Position numbers and translations under genes: made by a program
Source of the DNA: Octopus vulgaris
Lineage: Eukaryota
NCBI GenBank assembly: GCA_951406725.2
Contig: OX597825.1
Location: 70,990,001-71,054,000 of the forward strand
Direction of reading: 5' to 3'
DNA: 64,000 bases
Shown here: one piece after another, positions 12,121 through 24,617 of the stretch
Layout of the letters: each line of letters opens with the position of its first letter
Numbering within the stretch: the first letter of the stretch is position 1
Notes under the pieces: generated by a model
Databases searched by the model: none
What the model was told of the DNA's origin: nothing
What the model saw: only the letters and a program-made list of their open reading frames with translations

Positions 12121-13172
12121 CTGGGTGTTCCAGAAGTCTTGAGCACATATCTGCTGAACTATGATTGGTAGTAAGATGAAACTGGTACCAAAAGAAGCAC
12201 CAGGAAGGAAGTCCATATTGAGATGGCATGGTAAATTCATGAACGATGGGCATTTGTGCCCAGCTAAGAGAACGGGACACCCCTAAACTTCAGATGATGC
12301 GGTTGAGCAAGTTCGAATTGCCTTCGAGCGGAGCCCCTGTAAATCGCTCAGAAGAGTCAGTAGGGAACTTCAGCTTCTTACAACAACTGTTTGGAATATC
12401 TTAAAAAGACAGTTAGTCCAACAGTTGCAGGTCACTGATAAACCAGCTTGTCATGACTTTTGCATTGCAATCCAAGAGAAGTTGGAAGATGACGGATTTG
12501 ATGACCGGCTTGATTTTAGCGATGAGGCAACCTTCCACGTAAATGGCAAAGTTAACAAGCATAACACTCGCATATGGAGTACTGAAAACCCACACACGAA
12601 CTTCTTGAACATCAGTGAGATTCCCCAAAGGTGGACGTGTTTTGTGCCATGTCCAAGAAAGCTGTCTACGGACCATTCTTCTTTGAAGGAGCAACAGTCA
12701 ATGGTGACACGTACCTCGACATGCTGGAAAACTGATTAATGAGTAAGTTGAGTGAGGAAGAGTCAGGGTTCGACAGTATCTGAACACAACACTGCCAGAC
12801 AGATGGATTGGACAGTCTGGGCGAGATGATTGCGTTCTCATGCCCTGACCTCCCAAGTCTCCAGACCTCACACCCTGCGATTTCTTTTTGTGGGGGTTTG
12901 TGAAAGGACTGGTCTATGTGCCTCCCCTTCCAAAAGACGTGGATGAACTGAAGGCCCAAATAACAAAAGCTGTTACAACCACCGATAACGCAATGCTGGA
13001 GTGCATTTGGCAAGAATTGGACTATCGGTGCTCACATTGAACATCTTTGGACATTCCCATAAAACATCTTGAAATTGCAGGCTTTCAGAATATACCAGAT
13101 GCGTTTTTATGTCCTTGATAGTTTTCGAGATATTCAATGTCAAAATGTGCCCAAGACTTCTGGAACACCCTC
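12121..13172 (+). mobile_element. Decayed, internally deleted Tc1/mariner-superfamily transposon
   Basis: TA flanks and 28-bp TIRs CTGGGTGTTCCAGAAGTCTTGAGCACAT / ATGTGCCCAAGACTTCTGGAACACCCTC. Transposase remnants FSDEATFHVNGKVNKHNTRIW (12425 ORF) and SPDLTPCDFFLWG (about 12858-12896), with frameshifts. Confidence 0.92.
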
Positions 13173-13653
13173 TATATAAACTATATGTGTGCATGTGTGG
13201 TTATATATGCACGCACACGTATTTGTTATTTTTAGACAATGATGTTTTAAATGCTCCATGTTCTAACCTGAAAAAAATTAGAAAGAAAAAAGCTTTTTTT
13301 TTTTTGCTTATGTATTAGTCTGCAGCAAGTAGAATAGAAAGCAATTGAACCATACTTATGGCTCAGTCACAATTCATAGTGGCAATATCAGCTGTTTTAT
13401 CTTAATTCTCTTTGATAATAATACATTTAATAAATACATAAATGTCATTCACACTGCCACCAAATTCAATAGTGCTAGCTCTCTATTAACTGTTACAGGA
13501 CATCTGACAGATCAGATGCATTGTCCAAAACCATGGCTGTCACTCATGAGTGAGTGTGAACATTTTAGCACAGTCATTTTGGTGAAGATGATTTGAGGCT
13601 GACTTATTTGACAGCTGACATTTTATTCAGTTCTATATTTAAGAGGTGAGGAA

Positions 13654-13781
13654 TTATGTACATTATTTACATTTGACAGATATTTGTCCTCAGGCATATG
13701 GTGTAGTGGTTAAGAGCGCTGGCTACTAACCCCAAGATTCCAAGTTCGATTCCAAGCAGTGACCTGAACACTAACAATAAC

Positions 13782-13815
<34 letters not shown>

Positions 13816-13975
13816 TAATAATAATAATAATAACAACAACATCGAAAAATACTTTAGGAATGAGAATCCAGGTTCGAAATTTCCCCAAGACATCTGAAGA
13901 AGGCTGGAGGGTATATCAGCCGAAATGTTGTGTTAACAACGACAAATATCCGTCAAATGTAAATAATGTAAATAA
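13654..13975 (+). mobile_element. tRNA-headed SINE-like element ending in a hammerhead motif, bracketed by 35-bp inverted repeats
   Basis: IR 13654-13688 / 13941-13975 (2 mismatches). tRNA-like head 13692-13764 (A box tggtgtagtggt, B box gttcgattcc), (AAT)n linker, hammerhead at 13889-13934. Confidence 0.8.
13889..13934 (+). ncRNA. Minimal hammerhead ribozyme motif (probably CpG-decayed)
   Basis: gacau CUGAAGA a-ggcug-(10 nt)-cagcc GAAA u GUU guguu. Stems I and II pair; GAAAUGUU is GAAACGUU with a C>T change. Confidence 0.7.
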
Positions 13976-14104
13976 AGTGACATTTAATCACTAGACTATG
14001 TACCTTCACAAATAATCAAATAATGACTGATCAGTGCTAACTGGTTGTATAAGAGAAAGTTAAATTATGTGGGTAATGAGGTAATGATATATTTTACATC
14101 CATC

Positions 14105-14500
14105 CACCCATCCATCTTTTCTGCCCACTATTCTTGGGACCAGAGTCCTCAGGTCCTTCTTCCACAGAGTCCTATCAGAAGCAGCTGTCATTACATTTTT
14201 TGACTGGATTCCCAGGCATTAGCAACTGAGACTATGGATTTTATCCAACAATCTTTCTCTTGGTCTGCCTCTAGATTTCCTCTCAGCTCAGCTTGAAGAA
14301 TCTGTCATGCAATTGTTTCCTGCAGCATTGTATTCACATGTCCAGAGTACTGGAGCTGTGACCTCAATGCACAGAAGTGGCCGCTTGACCCAGAGAAACA
14401 TCCTGATTTCTGAGCTGCATACCCTCTTGAGTAACATTACTCCAGAGACCCTTCTGAGGAACCCAGTTTCAACCACTTGTATTTGCAGTCATAACTGTTT
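14105..14500 (-). mobile_element. 3' fragment of an RTE-clade (Expander/Rex3-like) LINE
   Basis: Translation ETGFLRRVSGVMLLKRVCSSEIR...PLL.IE resembles the EMxFLRRVxGxTLxDRVRSSxIR motif. It is followed by a degenerate RxRGRPR tract and a (GGAT)n-like tail. Confidence 0.75.
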
Positions 14501-14649
14501 CAGTTATCATCTAGCACCTCCAGCATTTGATCCTCAGAAGAGAGGAGGCTGGCAAAAAAGCCATCTTCAGTTCGGTTTTCATGCCTGTCCTCACCTTTGG
14601 TCATATATTTTACAAGTAGGCAAACATCTAATTTTATGTAAAGAAAATC

Positions 14650-14962
14650 AAAAATCAAAACATCAACATCAAAAATCAAATAGAAATTGTAGTTGTGATA
14701 CCTGTGCCGGTGGCACGTAAAAAGCACCAACCGATCGTGGCCGCTGCCAGCCTCCCCTGGCACCTGTGCCGATGGCACATAAAAAGCACCCACTACACTC
14801 ACGAAGTGGTTGGCATTAGGAAGGGCATCCAGCTGTAGAAACACTGCCAGATCAGACTGGAGCCTGGTGCAGCCTCCTGGCTTCCCAGACCCCGGTCGAA
14901 CCGTCCAACCCATGCTAGCATGGAAAACGGACGTTAAACGATGGTGATGATGATGATGATGA
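14650..14962 (+). mobile_element. SINE family C with internal tandem units gtgccggtggcacgtaaaaagcacc
   Basis: Two internal units, then ggttggcattaggaagggcatccagc and a (GAT)n tail. Further copies at about 18925-19120(-), 22092-22330(-), 26190-26545(-), 27310-27500, 28780-28968, 32545-32869, 36895-37045, 39030-39282, 40170-40455, 48300-48500, 49555-49823, 51505-51690, 54408-54570(-), 62230-62420(-). Confidence 0.88.
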
Positions 14963-15559
14963 ATGTATTGAAAACCTGAAAGCGATAGCATTAGTATTTT
15001 TGTTATTTGGTCAGAGTAAAAGTAATAGTTAATCTATTTAATCTATATAAGCTCTTAATCCAATTTAGTTAATTATTAACTAAGGTTACTTACTCAGCTA
15101 AGCTAATATGGGTATTCTTTTTGTGTTGTAATTAAAACAGTTAATGTTGACTTTTTTAATACACTATTTCTTTTTCCTTTTTTTCTTCATAAAGTTAGTG
15201 TTGATTTTTTTTCTTAATCGTAAACATTATTGCATAGGTATAGCTATGTTTTTAAGAACTTTTCTTCACAATCAGGTTTCAATTGCTTCTTGGCTTACAC
15301 TTCTACTCTACAGCACCTTAGGCAAGTGTCTTTCACTATAGTCCTGGGGCTGTGAATGAATTTGGTAAGCAAAAACTATGTGGAAAACTATCATGTGTGT
15401 GTGTGTGTATGTACAGGTGTCTTTGTGCTTCTGTCTCACTACCTGGCATTCAGTGTTGGTTTGTTTATATCCTTCTAACTTAGCAGCTCGTCAAAAAGAG
15501 GCTGATTGAATAAGCCTTGTAAGTGGATTTGGTAGATGGAAACTGAAAGAAGCCCATCG

Positions 15560-15591
<32 letters not shown>

Positions 15592-17197
15592 GGTGTGTGT
15601 ATGTTTATGTGTCTGTGTTTGTCCCCTCAAGGCCAGCAATTTCAGGGCAGTGGGGTGGGGGTGGAGGGGTAAGTCAATTACATTAACTCCCAGTGCTCAA
15701 CTAGTATTTATTTTATCAGCCCCCAAAAAGGATGAAAGGCAAAGTTGACATTGGCAGAATTTGAACTCAAAACGTAGAGATGGACAAAATGCTGCTAAGC
15801 ACTTCGCCTGACATGTAAACGATTCTGTCAACCTTATATATTATATGTATAATGCCAAAACATCCTGCAGACTGTGATAGTCAATACAATAGAAATAAAA
15901 TTTTGAAATTTATTCTTTCTCTATGGCCTGGTACCAAATGATCTGTGACTCAGTGGTTAGGGATTCCTGCTATAAACCATTCTTTTGATGTAGATATGTA
16001 TAAGATAGCATATAGTATAGTACAAAGAAGCTGATGGAAAACATGGAGGTTTAGCAACAGGAAAGGCATCCTGCTGTAAAATAATGCCTCGATAATATAT
16101 TTGTCTAATCCATCTTATCATGAAAAAATATGTAAAAACAAACAAAATGAAGGTGCTTAATTAGCAATCTCATAGCCTTGAGTTTAAACCTTGGTACTGC
16201 CGTTGTAGATCCCTAATTGAGGTAATTCATATAGAAAATGTCTCGAGTTTTCAGAAATCCTCCTTCTGATACTAGTATGGGAAAATCATCATCATTACCA
16301 CAACCACAATCATCATCATCAGTTTGTGTACACTTTTCCACTGGATGAGTTCTCACTGTCCAAGATTTGTTCTTATTTGAAGTTACTGCCTTCCTGTATG
16401 GATCAACGATCTCATCTTGCTCTCAGTTGCACATTCCATTTTTGGCTTAGATTCTACAACTAGATGTCCTTCCTGATGCCAACCAATATACAGAGTATTC
16501 TGGGTGCACATTATCATAGCATCAGTGCCAGAAAGGTTCTCTTCATGACTGAAGAATCCACCCAACCCTCCATTGCTTTTTGTTCATTTGCCAATGTAGT
16601 ACAGAGTATACCAGGTGCATTTTTTTCATGGCACCAGCACTAGAAGGTTTACCTTGTTCCCGACAAGACAAAGGAGTCCTCTCTCCTATGATGTCACCAT
16701 TCATCTGACAATGTGTTGTGTACATTAATATTAAGCATAATATTTGAATATAAAATTGAGCAACAATTTTATTGTAAGTATTTATACATGCTATTACAAC
16801 AGCCAGTATTAATTGTAGCATAGCCAAGATTTTCCAGTTTGATAGAGTGAATAGAGAATTAACAGCTCTTAATCATTTAGACTATACTTGAAGTGGTCAA
16901 GAGTTAATCCTTTTACAAATTGCAAATATCACTGCCTGAGATCAAGTATAGTTACACTGTGCTGTATTCTACTGTTTAGCTGATTGGCAGTCTTTACTAT
17001 CTGCCATTCCAAAACAGGATAGTGCAAGCTGTTGCAGGCTGGACCCAATTTTGGCACTCTTGTTATAGAAACCTGGCATCACACCAGCCCATCTGAACTA
17101 TTAATATGGCCGAAGTATAAGCTTATAGCTGTTGTAAAAGTGCCAAGAATATGTTGGCAATAATCTATAATTAAGCTCTGTAATTATAATAGAAGGG

Positions 17198-17790
17198 TGG
17201 AGGCGTGGCTGTGTGGTAAGAAAATCACTTTGCAACCACATGGTTTTGAGTTCAGTTCCACTGCATAGCACCTTGGAAAAATTGTCTCCTACAATAGCCC
17301 CAGGCTGACCAATGTCTTGTGAGTGGATTTGGTAGGCAGAAACTAAAAGAAGACGGTGAGCTGGCAGAATTGTTAGCACTCCGGGTGAAATGCTTAATGG
17401 TATTTCATCTGTCTTTACGTTCTGAGTTCAAATTCCGCCAAGGTTGACTTTGCCTTTCATCCTTTCGGGGTCGATAAATTAAGTACCAGTTATGCACTGG
17501 GGTCGATATAGTCGACTTAATCTGTCTGTCTGTCGTTGTTTGTCCCCTCTGTGTTTAGCCCCTTGTGGGTAGTAAAGAAATAGGTATTTCGTCTGTCTTT
17601 ACGTTCTGAGTTCAAATTCCGCCATGGTCGACTTTGCCTTTCATCCTTTCGGGGTCGATAAATTAAGTACCAGGTATGCACTGGGGTCGATGTAATCGAT
17701 TTAATCCCTTTGTCTGTTCTTGTTTGTCCCCTCTATGTTTAGTCCCTTGTGGGCAATAAAGAAATAAGAAACTGAAAGAAGCCTGACGAG
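17198..17790 (+). mobile_element. Family-B SINE head interrupted by a dimeric family-A SINE
   Basis: A-dimer at about 17353-17765 flanked by duplicated agaaact(a/g)aaagaag from the B element. Confidence 0.85.
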
Positions 17791-18086
17791 TGTGTGTGCA
17801 TGCATGCGCCTGTGTGTATACATATATACATACACACACACACACATACACACGTTGGCATGGGTTGGATGGGTCTCTACTATGTTATCTCATCTGCAAA
17901 GTGGGAAAAAATTATTGTAATTTTGTAATATCAATAACTATTGGTAGGCATCATAATCATTTGTGCATTTACGATCTGACCACTGACACTCCACTTCACT
18001 GTGTATAACAAAATATATATAGTAATATGTAATATTTGATAGTAGAATACCAAGTAATAAATATTATTGTTATTACAAAATAGCGA

Positions 18087-18672
18087 AGGTGGTGAGCTGG
18101 CAGAAACGTTAGCACGCCGGGTGAAATGCTTAGCGGTATTTCGTCTGCTGTTATGTCCTGAGTTCAAATTCCACTGAGGTTGACTTTGCCTTTCATCCTT
18201 TCGGGGTCGATAAATTAAGTACCAGTTACGCACTGGGGTCGATGTAATCGACTTAATCCGTTTGTCTGTCCTTGTGTGTCCCCTCTATGTTTAGCCCCTT
18301 GTGGGTAATAAAGAAATAGATATTTCGTCTGCTGTTATGTCCCGAGTTCAAATTCCGCTGGGGTTGACTTTGCCTTTCATCCTTTCGGGGTCGATAAATT
18401 AAGTACCAGTTACGCACTGGGGTCAATATAATCGAATTAATCCGTTTGTCTGTCCTTGTGTGTCCCCTCTGTGTTTAGCCCCTTGTGGGTAGTAAAGAAA
18501 TAGGTATTTAGCCTGTTGCTACATCCTGAGTTCAAATGTCATCGAGGTCAACTTTGCCTTTCATCCTTTTGGGGCTGATAAATTAAGCACCAGCGAAACA
18601 CTGGGGTCGATGTAATCAACTAAGCCCCTTCCCACAAATCTGAGGCCGTGTGCCTCCAGTACAAAGGATTAT
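18087..18672 (+). mobile_element. Trimeric family-A SINE
   Basis: One full head plus two units restarting at (g/a)tattt(c/a)g(t/c)ctg. Probable TSD ttattacaaaatag on both sides. Confidence 0.85.
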
Positions 18673-19218
18673 TACAAAATAGTAATAAAATGAAAGTGAA
18701 TATAGATATTTGTGTAGTTGTAATGGCTACAACAACTCTACTCCCAATGAAATTATTAATGGCTATAATGTGTGTGTGTGTGTGTGTAATCTCTCAGATG
18801 ATAACATGAGTAACACCCATATTTCAAAATTTTTCCATGACACAATTACCATGCTAGCTACTGTTTTACTCCAAACAGTTGTACATTGTTTATACACTTG
18901 ACGAGTGAATTATACAACTGTGACATCATTGTTTAATGTCTGTTTCTCATGCTGGCATGAGTTGGACGGTTTGACCAGAGCTGGCAAGCTGCGCCAGACT
19001 CCAGTCTGATTTGGCATGGTATCTACAGCTGGATACCCTTCCTAACACCAACCACTTTACAGAGTGTTCTGGGTGCTTTTATGTGGCACTGCACTGGCAC
19101 TTTTACATGGCACCAGCACAGGACTCTTGCAGACTAATCTTCTTCATCAGGGAAGTGACCACAACACTTCTGCTGTTGAGTACAGGTCTTTTTGAGGTAT
19201 TATTATATTATACTTTAA

Positions 19219-19439
19219 CCCTTTCGTTACCAACCCAGCTGAAACCGGCTCTAGTTCTGAGTACAAATGTCTTGTTTTCATAAGTTTTGAATTAAAATCT
19301 TCCAACTAAGCCTTAGTCACAATTTCTGTTCCTAACACTAGCTTAATGATAATTAAGTTATTTTACTAAATTCTTTGTTATGTCTAAAATAATTGAAAGA
19401 AACACAGAGCATCTCAAAATAAATACAGTAACGAAAGGG
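19219..19439 (+). mobile_element. piggyBac-type MITE family P1
   Basis: TTAA CCCTTTCGTTAC...GTAACGAAAGGG TTAA. Confidence 0.92.
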
Positions 19440-19543
19440 TTAATAAACTCTGCCAAACTGGCATTGAGTGCTCCTGTCTCTTGTACATAAATTTGTATAC
19501 ACAGAAGTGTGTGTGTGTGTGTGTGTGTGTGTGTATTTATATA

Positions 19544-20438
19544 CATGGGGGTTCAGGTTAAATTTGACAGTTTGCATACAAGGAAAAGAAAACACAATAT
19601 TCCATCCAAAAATATAATTATTTTTAAGCAAACCAAAAAATATTAGCTGGGAGATAACAGTTGAGTTTACTTAAAGTATCTGCCCTCAGCTTCCACCATG
19701 GCTTCAAGCTGGCTTGGAACCTGATGCATGTGTTTCTCACTGTGTCCCTGAGATCTTTGAACTCCTCCTTGATCTTGGCTACTAGTTTAGCCTTGGTGTT
19801 GCAGGCAGAGTGGTTGGGGTCTTTCTCAACTACACCCCATGCATAATAACAACCCACAGGATTGCAATCAGGGAAATTAAGCGGCCAGAAATTGGGGCTG
19901 AAGTCATAGAAATTCACTGACAACCACTTCTGGGTCTTTCCAGGGTATAGCAAGGAGCCAAATCATACTGCCTCACATATGGTCTTCCAACGGCAACCCT
20001 CTCCAGCTGGGGTTTGACCTCAGTGTCCAGCAGCTTCACATAGCCATCTGAATTAAGCTTAAAGCCTTGTTCAAAGGTGTGGGGCAGCATGATGTCACCC
20101 TCTCTGGAGACACACCTAAGGGCCATCACAGTTTAGGGGAACTTGGTTTTCATGATGTCCATGCCATGTATTACAGCCATTATAGTGTTCACAGGGCATT
20201 GAGCAACAGTTATGATGTTGGCATTTTGACACCCAGCATAAATCTTCATTATACAGGTAAACTCTTTTCCGAAATTCAGATGGCTTCCAGTCCTCCTTAT
20301 CAATTACCTTTTTCTCAACTACATCTTTAATCTTTATGCTCTCCAACGCTGTTGCCTTTCATCAATACATCAAGCTCTTCCTGAAAAAAAAAAGAAAAAG
20401 TGACATAAAATATTGTCAATTTTAGACCACAAATCCTG
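19544..20438 (-). mobile_element. Decayed Tc1/mariner (maT/DD37D-like) transposon
   Basis: Minus-strand remnants GDIMLPHTFEQGFKLNSDGYVKLL...GRPYVRQYDLAPCYT and FWPLNFPDCNPV..YYAWGVVE. Degenerate TIRs (ggttaaatttgaca / tgtcaattttagacc). Confidence 0.85.
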
Positions 20439-20684
20439 GATATATCTATAGATAAATATACAAAATCATTGAAATATTAACTTCTTTGTTTTGCATGATG
20501 GCATGAATTGGCTGGGTCAGCATTATAATGCAGACCCAGTACCCTAACAACAGTTTTGATCCAGTTTCATCTCTTCTGCAAGATCATTGTTTTGAATCTG
20601 GCCTAATCACTTCTTATTTCAAGTTCTTAATTAACCATTGCCTACAATAATTACTGTTTATCACTAACAACCAACATTGTTTAA

Positions 20685-20904
20685 CCCTTTCGTTACCAAC
20701 CCAGCTGAAACCGGCTCTGGATCTGAGTACAAAAGTCTTGTTTTCATAAGTTTTGAATTAAGATCTTCCACCAAACCTTAGTCATAATTTATGTCCCTAA
20801 CACTAGTTTAATGATAACTAGGTTATTTTACTAAATTCTTTGTTATATCTAAGATAATTGAAAGAAACGCAGAGCATCTCAAAATAAATACAGTAATGAA
20901 AGGG
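20685..20904 (+). mobile_element. piggyBac-type MITE family P1
   Basis: TTAA flanks and the same TIRs and body as 19219-19439. Confidence 0.92.
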
Positions 20905-21940
20905 TTAACATATTCTTTACAATCCACTCATTTATTATTTTTTCATGTTCATACCAGAGCTGTTACTACTTCTACTTCTCTATCATCATCCAATGCTCAT
21001 TGATAACTATTCATTCCCTAAACATGGTTCATGCAGATATATTCAGCTCACTTTTCCCTTACATACACCTTATAATTCAGCCTTTCGTACAAAAAAAGGG
21101 AAACCTTAGAAACCCTACCTCTTTGATAGTTTTTACGCACTAGATTATTTCAGAGTCTACCAACAAATTTTTTTCAACATTTGATTATTGTTTTTAGTTA
21201 TACTGTAGATATTTTACCTCTTTGTACCTTTCTTTCTCTTTGTTTATGCTTATCAAAATCATCATCATCATGTCATTATTATTATGATTTTGACATCCAT
21301 TTTACCAAAATGATGACAGCATATTTCAAAGACTGTTATACGGATTAACAACTTATGCATGTCCCAAAGTTAGTGAATTTCATAATTACATGTTAGATGT
21401 AGTTAAATGTGGATTTTTAGAGACAATAGTGATTACTTGATAGTTTCTGTGTAAGTGTGTGTATATGCATGCAAACCCTAAAGAACTCAACAGGATTTTT
21501 TCCGCTTCTCTTTCTCTCTCTTTTCTCCTCCACCTTCTCCTACATGGTAACACACATCAGATCTCTCTTTAATAGGATTTGTATGACATTACTTCAAGTT
21601 CATGTGAATTACTTGAGTTAATCACAGATTAACCATGAAACTTCCTTAGGCCTGTACTAAATTTAAGCAATAAACTCTACTTCTACGTATATTTTATATT
21701 TTTATTCGTCACTCATTTTTATATTTGCTCAATATTAATTTCTTTCCTGGAAATTAAATGCTTGCATTTCTTATTTTGATTTTGCAAAAAGGTCACATAT
21801 GCTTTTCTTATTTGATTTAATCTCTCTCCCTTTGCTTTTTAACAAGTCTGTTGTATTATTTCAAGCAAATTCTTATTGTATCCTTGCAGACAAGTTTTGT
21901 TTAGAACATGTAGCAAAGTGAAATTCATTTTCTTTTGCAG

Positions 21941-22025
21941 TGTATCGATGCATTAAACAATGTCCATTCCAAAATAAATGTATCTGTGGCTGGGCGTAAG
22001 AACATCACCGAAACCTTTAATAAAT
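21941..22025 (+). CDS. DCTN3: DCTN3 coding exon 2 (85 nt): CIDALNNVHSKINVSVAGRKNITETFNK
   Basis: Acceptor ttttcttttgcag|, donor T|gtaagt, phase 0 to 1. Aligns without gaps to human [28 protein letters not shown]. Confidence 0.9.
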
Positions 22026-22937
22026 GTAAGTGAACCATTTGCAAAAAATTGAAATCCATTTATTTAAATGTATTGTTTAAAATTTCAAATCCATCATTAT
22101 CATCATTCACCTGTTTTCCATGCGGGCATGGGTTGGACAGTTCAACAAGAACTGGTGAGCCAGGGGGACTGTGCCAAGCACTGTATGTCTGCTTTGGCAT
22201 GGTTTCTTAACACCAACCACTTTACAGAGTGTTCCGGGTGCTTTTTGTGTGTCCTTCTTAATACCAACCACTTTACAGAGTGTACTGGGTGCTTTTTGTG
22301 TGTCACCAGCAGCAGTGAGGATACCAAACAACTCACAAGACTAGACCCCCTCAAATGAGGCAGGTGTAGCATTGAGGACCCTGCCTTATGCCAGGTGATG
22401 AGAGATCAAAGTATGATAGAGGGAAAGGGTGAATCTTGTTTAAAATTGTGGGCTCAATGTAATTGGCATACATTTCCCCTCAAAATTGCTAGCCTCATGC
22501 CAAAATTAGAAAGAAGAATGATATTACATGCATTTATGAACAATTGGTCACTGACTCTATTTGCCCAAGTTACTGTTCTGCAAGTGGTGTCCTTTACTTC
22601 CAACCTTCTGTGGAAACGTCTAGTCATGGGGGAATATTATCTTACTTGAAAACAAGTGAGGGTTGATGAAAGGAAGGGCATCCTTCTAGCTATAGAAAAA
22701 TGCACCTGAAGAAATTCTGGCTGACCAATGTGAGCTTGGAAAAGTGGACGCTAAAACAATTATGATAATGATGATGTGGTAAGCATGATTCTGGTGAACT
22801 ATTGACATCTGTAGAAAAATTTCTGTTAATTTGTTGACTGAAGTTGCATTATGTCTAGGATTAGAAATATTTCTCAATTGGTTAACTTCACATGAACTCA
22901 GTGAACCCTTCCTTCAAAATGGTTGTCAGATTCTAAA

Positions 22938-23340
22938 AGGGCAGCGAGCTGGCAGAAACGTTAGCATGCCGGGCGAAATGCATAGCCGTATTTCGTCTGC
23001 CATTACGTTCTGAGTTCAGATTCCACCGAGGTCGACTTTGCCTTTCATCCTTTTGGGGTCGATGAAATAAGTACCAGTTACGCACTGGGGTCGATATAAT
23101 TGACTTAATCCATTTGTCCTCTCTGTGTTTAGCTCCTTGTGGGTAGTAAAGAAATAGGTATTTCGTCTGCCATTACGTTCTGAGTTCAAATTCCGCCGAG
23201 GTCGACTTTGCCTTTCATCCTTTCAGGGTCGATTAAATAAGTACCAGTTACACACTGGGGTCGATATAATCGACTTAATCCGTTTGTCTGACCTTGTTTG
23301 TCCTCTCTGTGTTTAGCCCCTTGTGGGTAGTAAGGAAATA
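22938..23340 (+). mobile_element. Dimeric family-A SINE in DCTN3 intron 2
   Basis: A single TSD ggttgtcaga(t/c)tctaaa at 22921-22937 and 23341-23357 encloses both units. Confidence 0.9.
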
Positions 23341-23433
23341 GGTTGTCAGACTCTAAACATTCTCTTTCAATGTTCTAAACTTCTGTCAAACAGAACCAGC
23401 TGAATGCTTTCTTTTTAATGTCTATTTTTTTAG

Positions 23434-23520
23434 TGTCAGACCTTCAAAAATATTTGGATCCAGAATTCACTGATGAACTTACCATAACTCCATCAGCTAA
23501 AACAGAAATGATCCTGGCTG
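23434..23520 (+). CDS. DCTN3: DCTN3 coding exon 3 (87 nt): (L)SDLQKYLDPEFTDELTITPSAKTEMILA
   Basis: Acceptor tttttttag|, donor G|gtaagt, phase 1-1. Contains the DLxKYLDPE...K...ILA signature of Dynactin_p22. Confidence 0.95.
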
Positions 23521-23732
23521 GTAAGTGTGTCACGTATTAACTTTACACCTGATATCAATCTTTGTCCAAAGAATAAAGGCCTGTGTTATTTATGACGCTT
23601 TCTGTGAGGGGCTCTGAGTGTGGTGGGGGAGAAAAAAAATTGGTAGAAGGATCCAAATCCAAAATTCCTGAGTTATGTTGTCTAACATTAACTATTTTGC
23701 CAGCTCACTGTTTAGCATAGTAGTAGTAGTAG

Positions 23733-23930
23733 TTTCAAATTTTGGCACAAGGCCAGGAATTTCAGGGAAAGGAGTGATTCGCCCTGGTACCCATCTGGTA
23801 TTTATTTTATTGAGCCTGAAAGGATGAAAAGCTAAAGTTGACTTTGGTAGCATTTTAGCTCTATGTGAAACTGGAAGAAATACCTTTAAGCATTTTGCCC
23901 AACGGCGTCAACAATGTTGCCAGCTCACCA
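23733..23930 (-). mobile_element. Diverged family-A SINE (antisense)
   Basis: Reverse complement of head+Meta domain: ctggtatttattttattgagcctgaaaggatgaaa...gccagctcacc. Confidence 0.75.
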
Positions 23931-23939
23931 TTTTTTTTT

Positions 23940-24319
23940 TACTTGTTTCAGTCGTTTGACTGCGGCCATGCTGGAGCACCACCTTTAGTCGAGCAAATCG
24001 ACACCAGAACTTATTCTTTGTAAGCCTAGTACTTATTCTGTCGGTTTCTTTTGCCAAACTACTAAGTTACGGGGGCGTAAACACACCAGCATCGGTTGTC
24101 AAGCGATGTTGAAGGGACATATACACACATATACATACATATATACATATATATACGACGGGCTTCTTTCAGTTTCCGTCTACCAAATCCACTCATAAGG
24201 CTTTGGTTGGCCCAAGGCTATAGTAGAAGACACTTGCCCAAGGTGCCACGCAGTGGGACTGACCCCAGAACCATGTGGTTGGCACACAAGCTACTAACCA
24301 CAGAGCCACTCCTGCGCCT
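23940..24319 (-). mobile_element. Family-B SINE, full length
   Basis: High identity to other B copies (25468-25867, 33592-33985, 51848-52268). Confidence 0.9.
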
Positions 24320-24617
24320 AATAACGGTTTAGCATCTTTTCTTTAAAAGATTTTTTTCTATTTTGAGAAGTGGTATTCGATTACATTGAATTAGTATTTT
24401 AAGGACCCCTTGGTACATGAATGGTACTTATTTTATGGACACCGAAAGGAGGAAAAGCTAAGTCGACCTCAGTGAAATTTGAACTCAGAAAATAAAGACA
24501 GACGACGCACCTCCAAACGTTTTATCTAGTGTGCCAACCGTTCTGCCAGCGAAAGAGTAACAAGACTTTTGAGTTGCCTCCCTTGTGTTTGTTAGTTCTC
24601 TGGTTGATCATCTAGTG

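Noticed and set aside
13692-13764. Genuine tRNA gene
   Set aside because: Acceptor and anticodon stems pair poorly, there is no poly-T terminator, and it runs into a repeat body. The same applies to the heads at 3739 and 41200.
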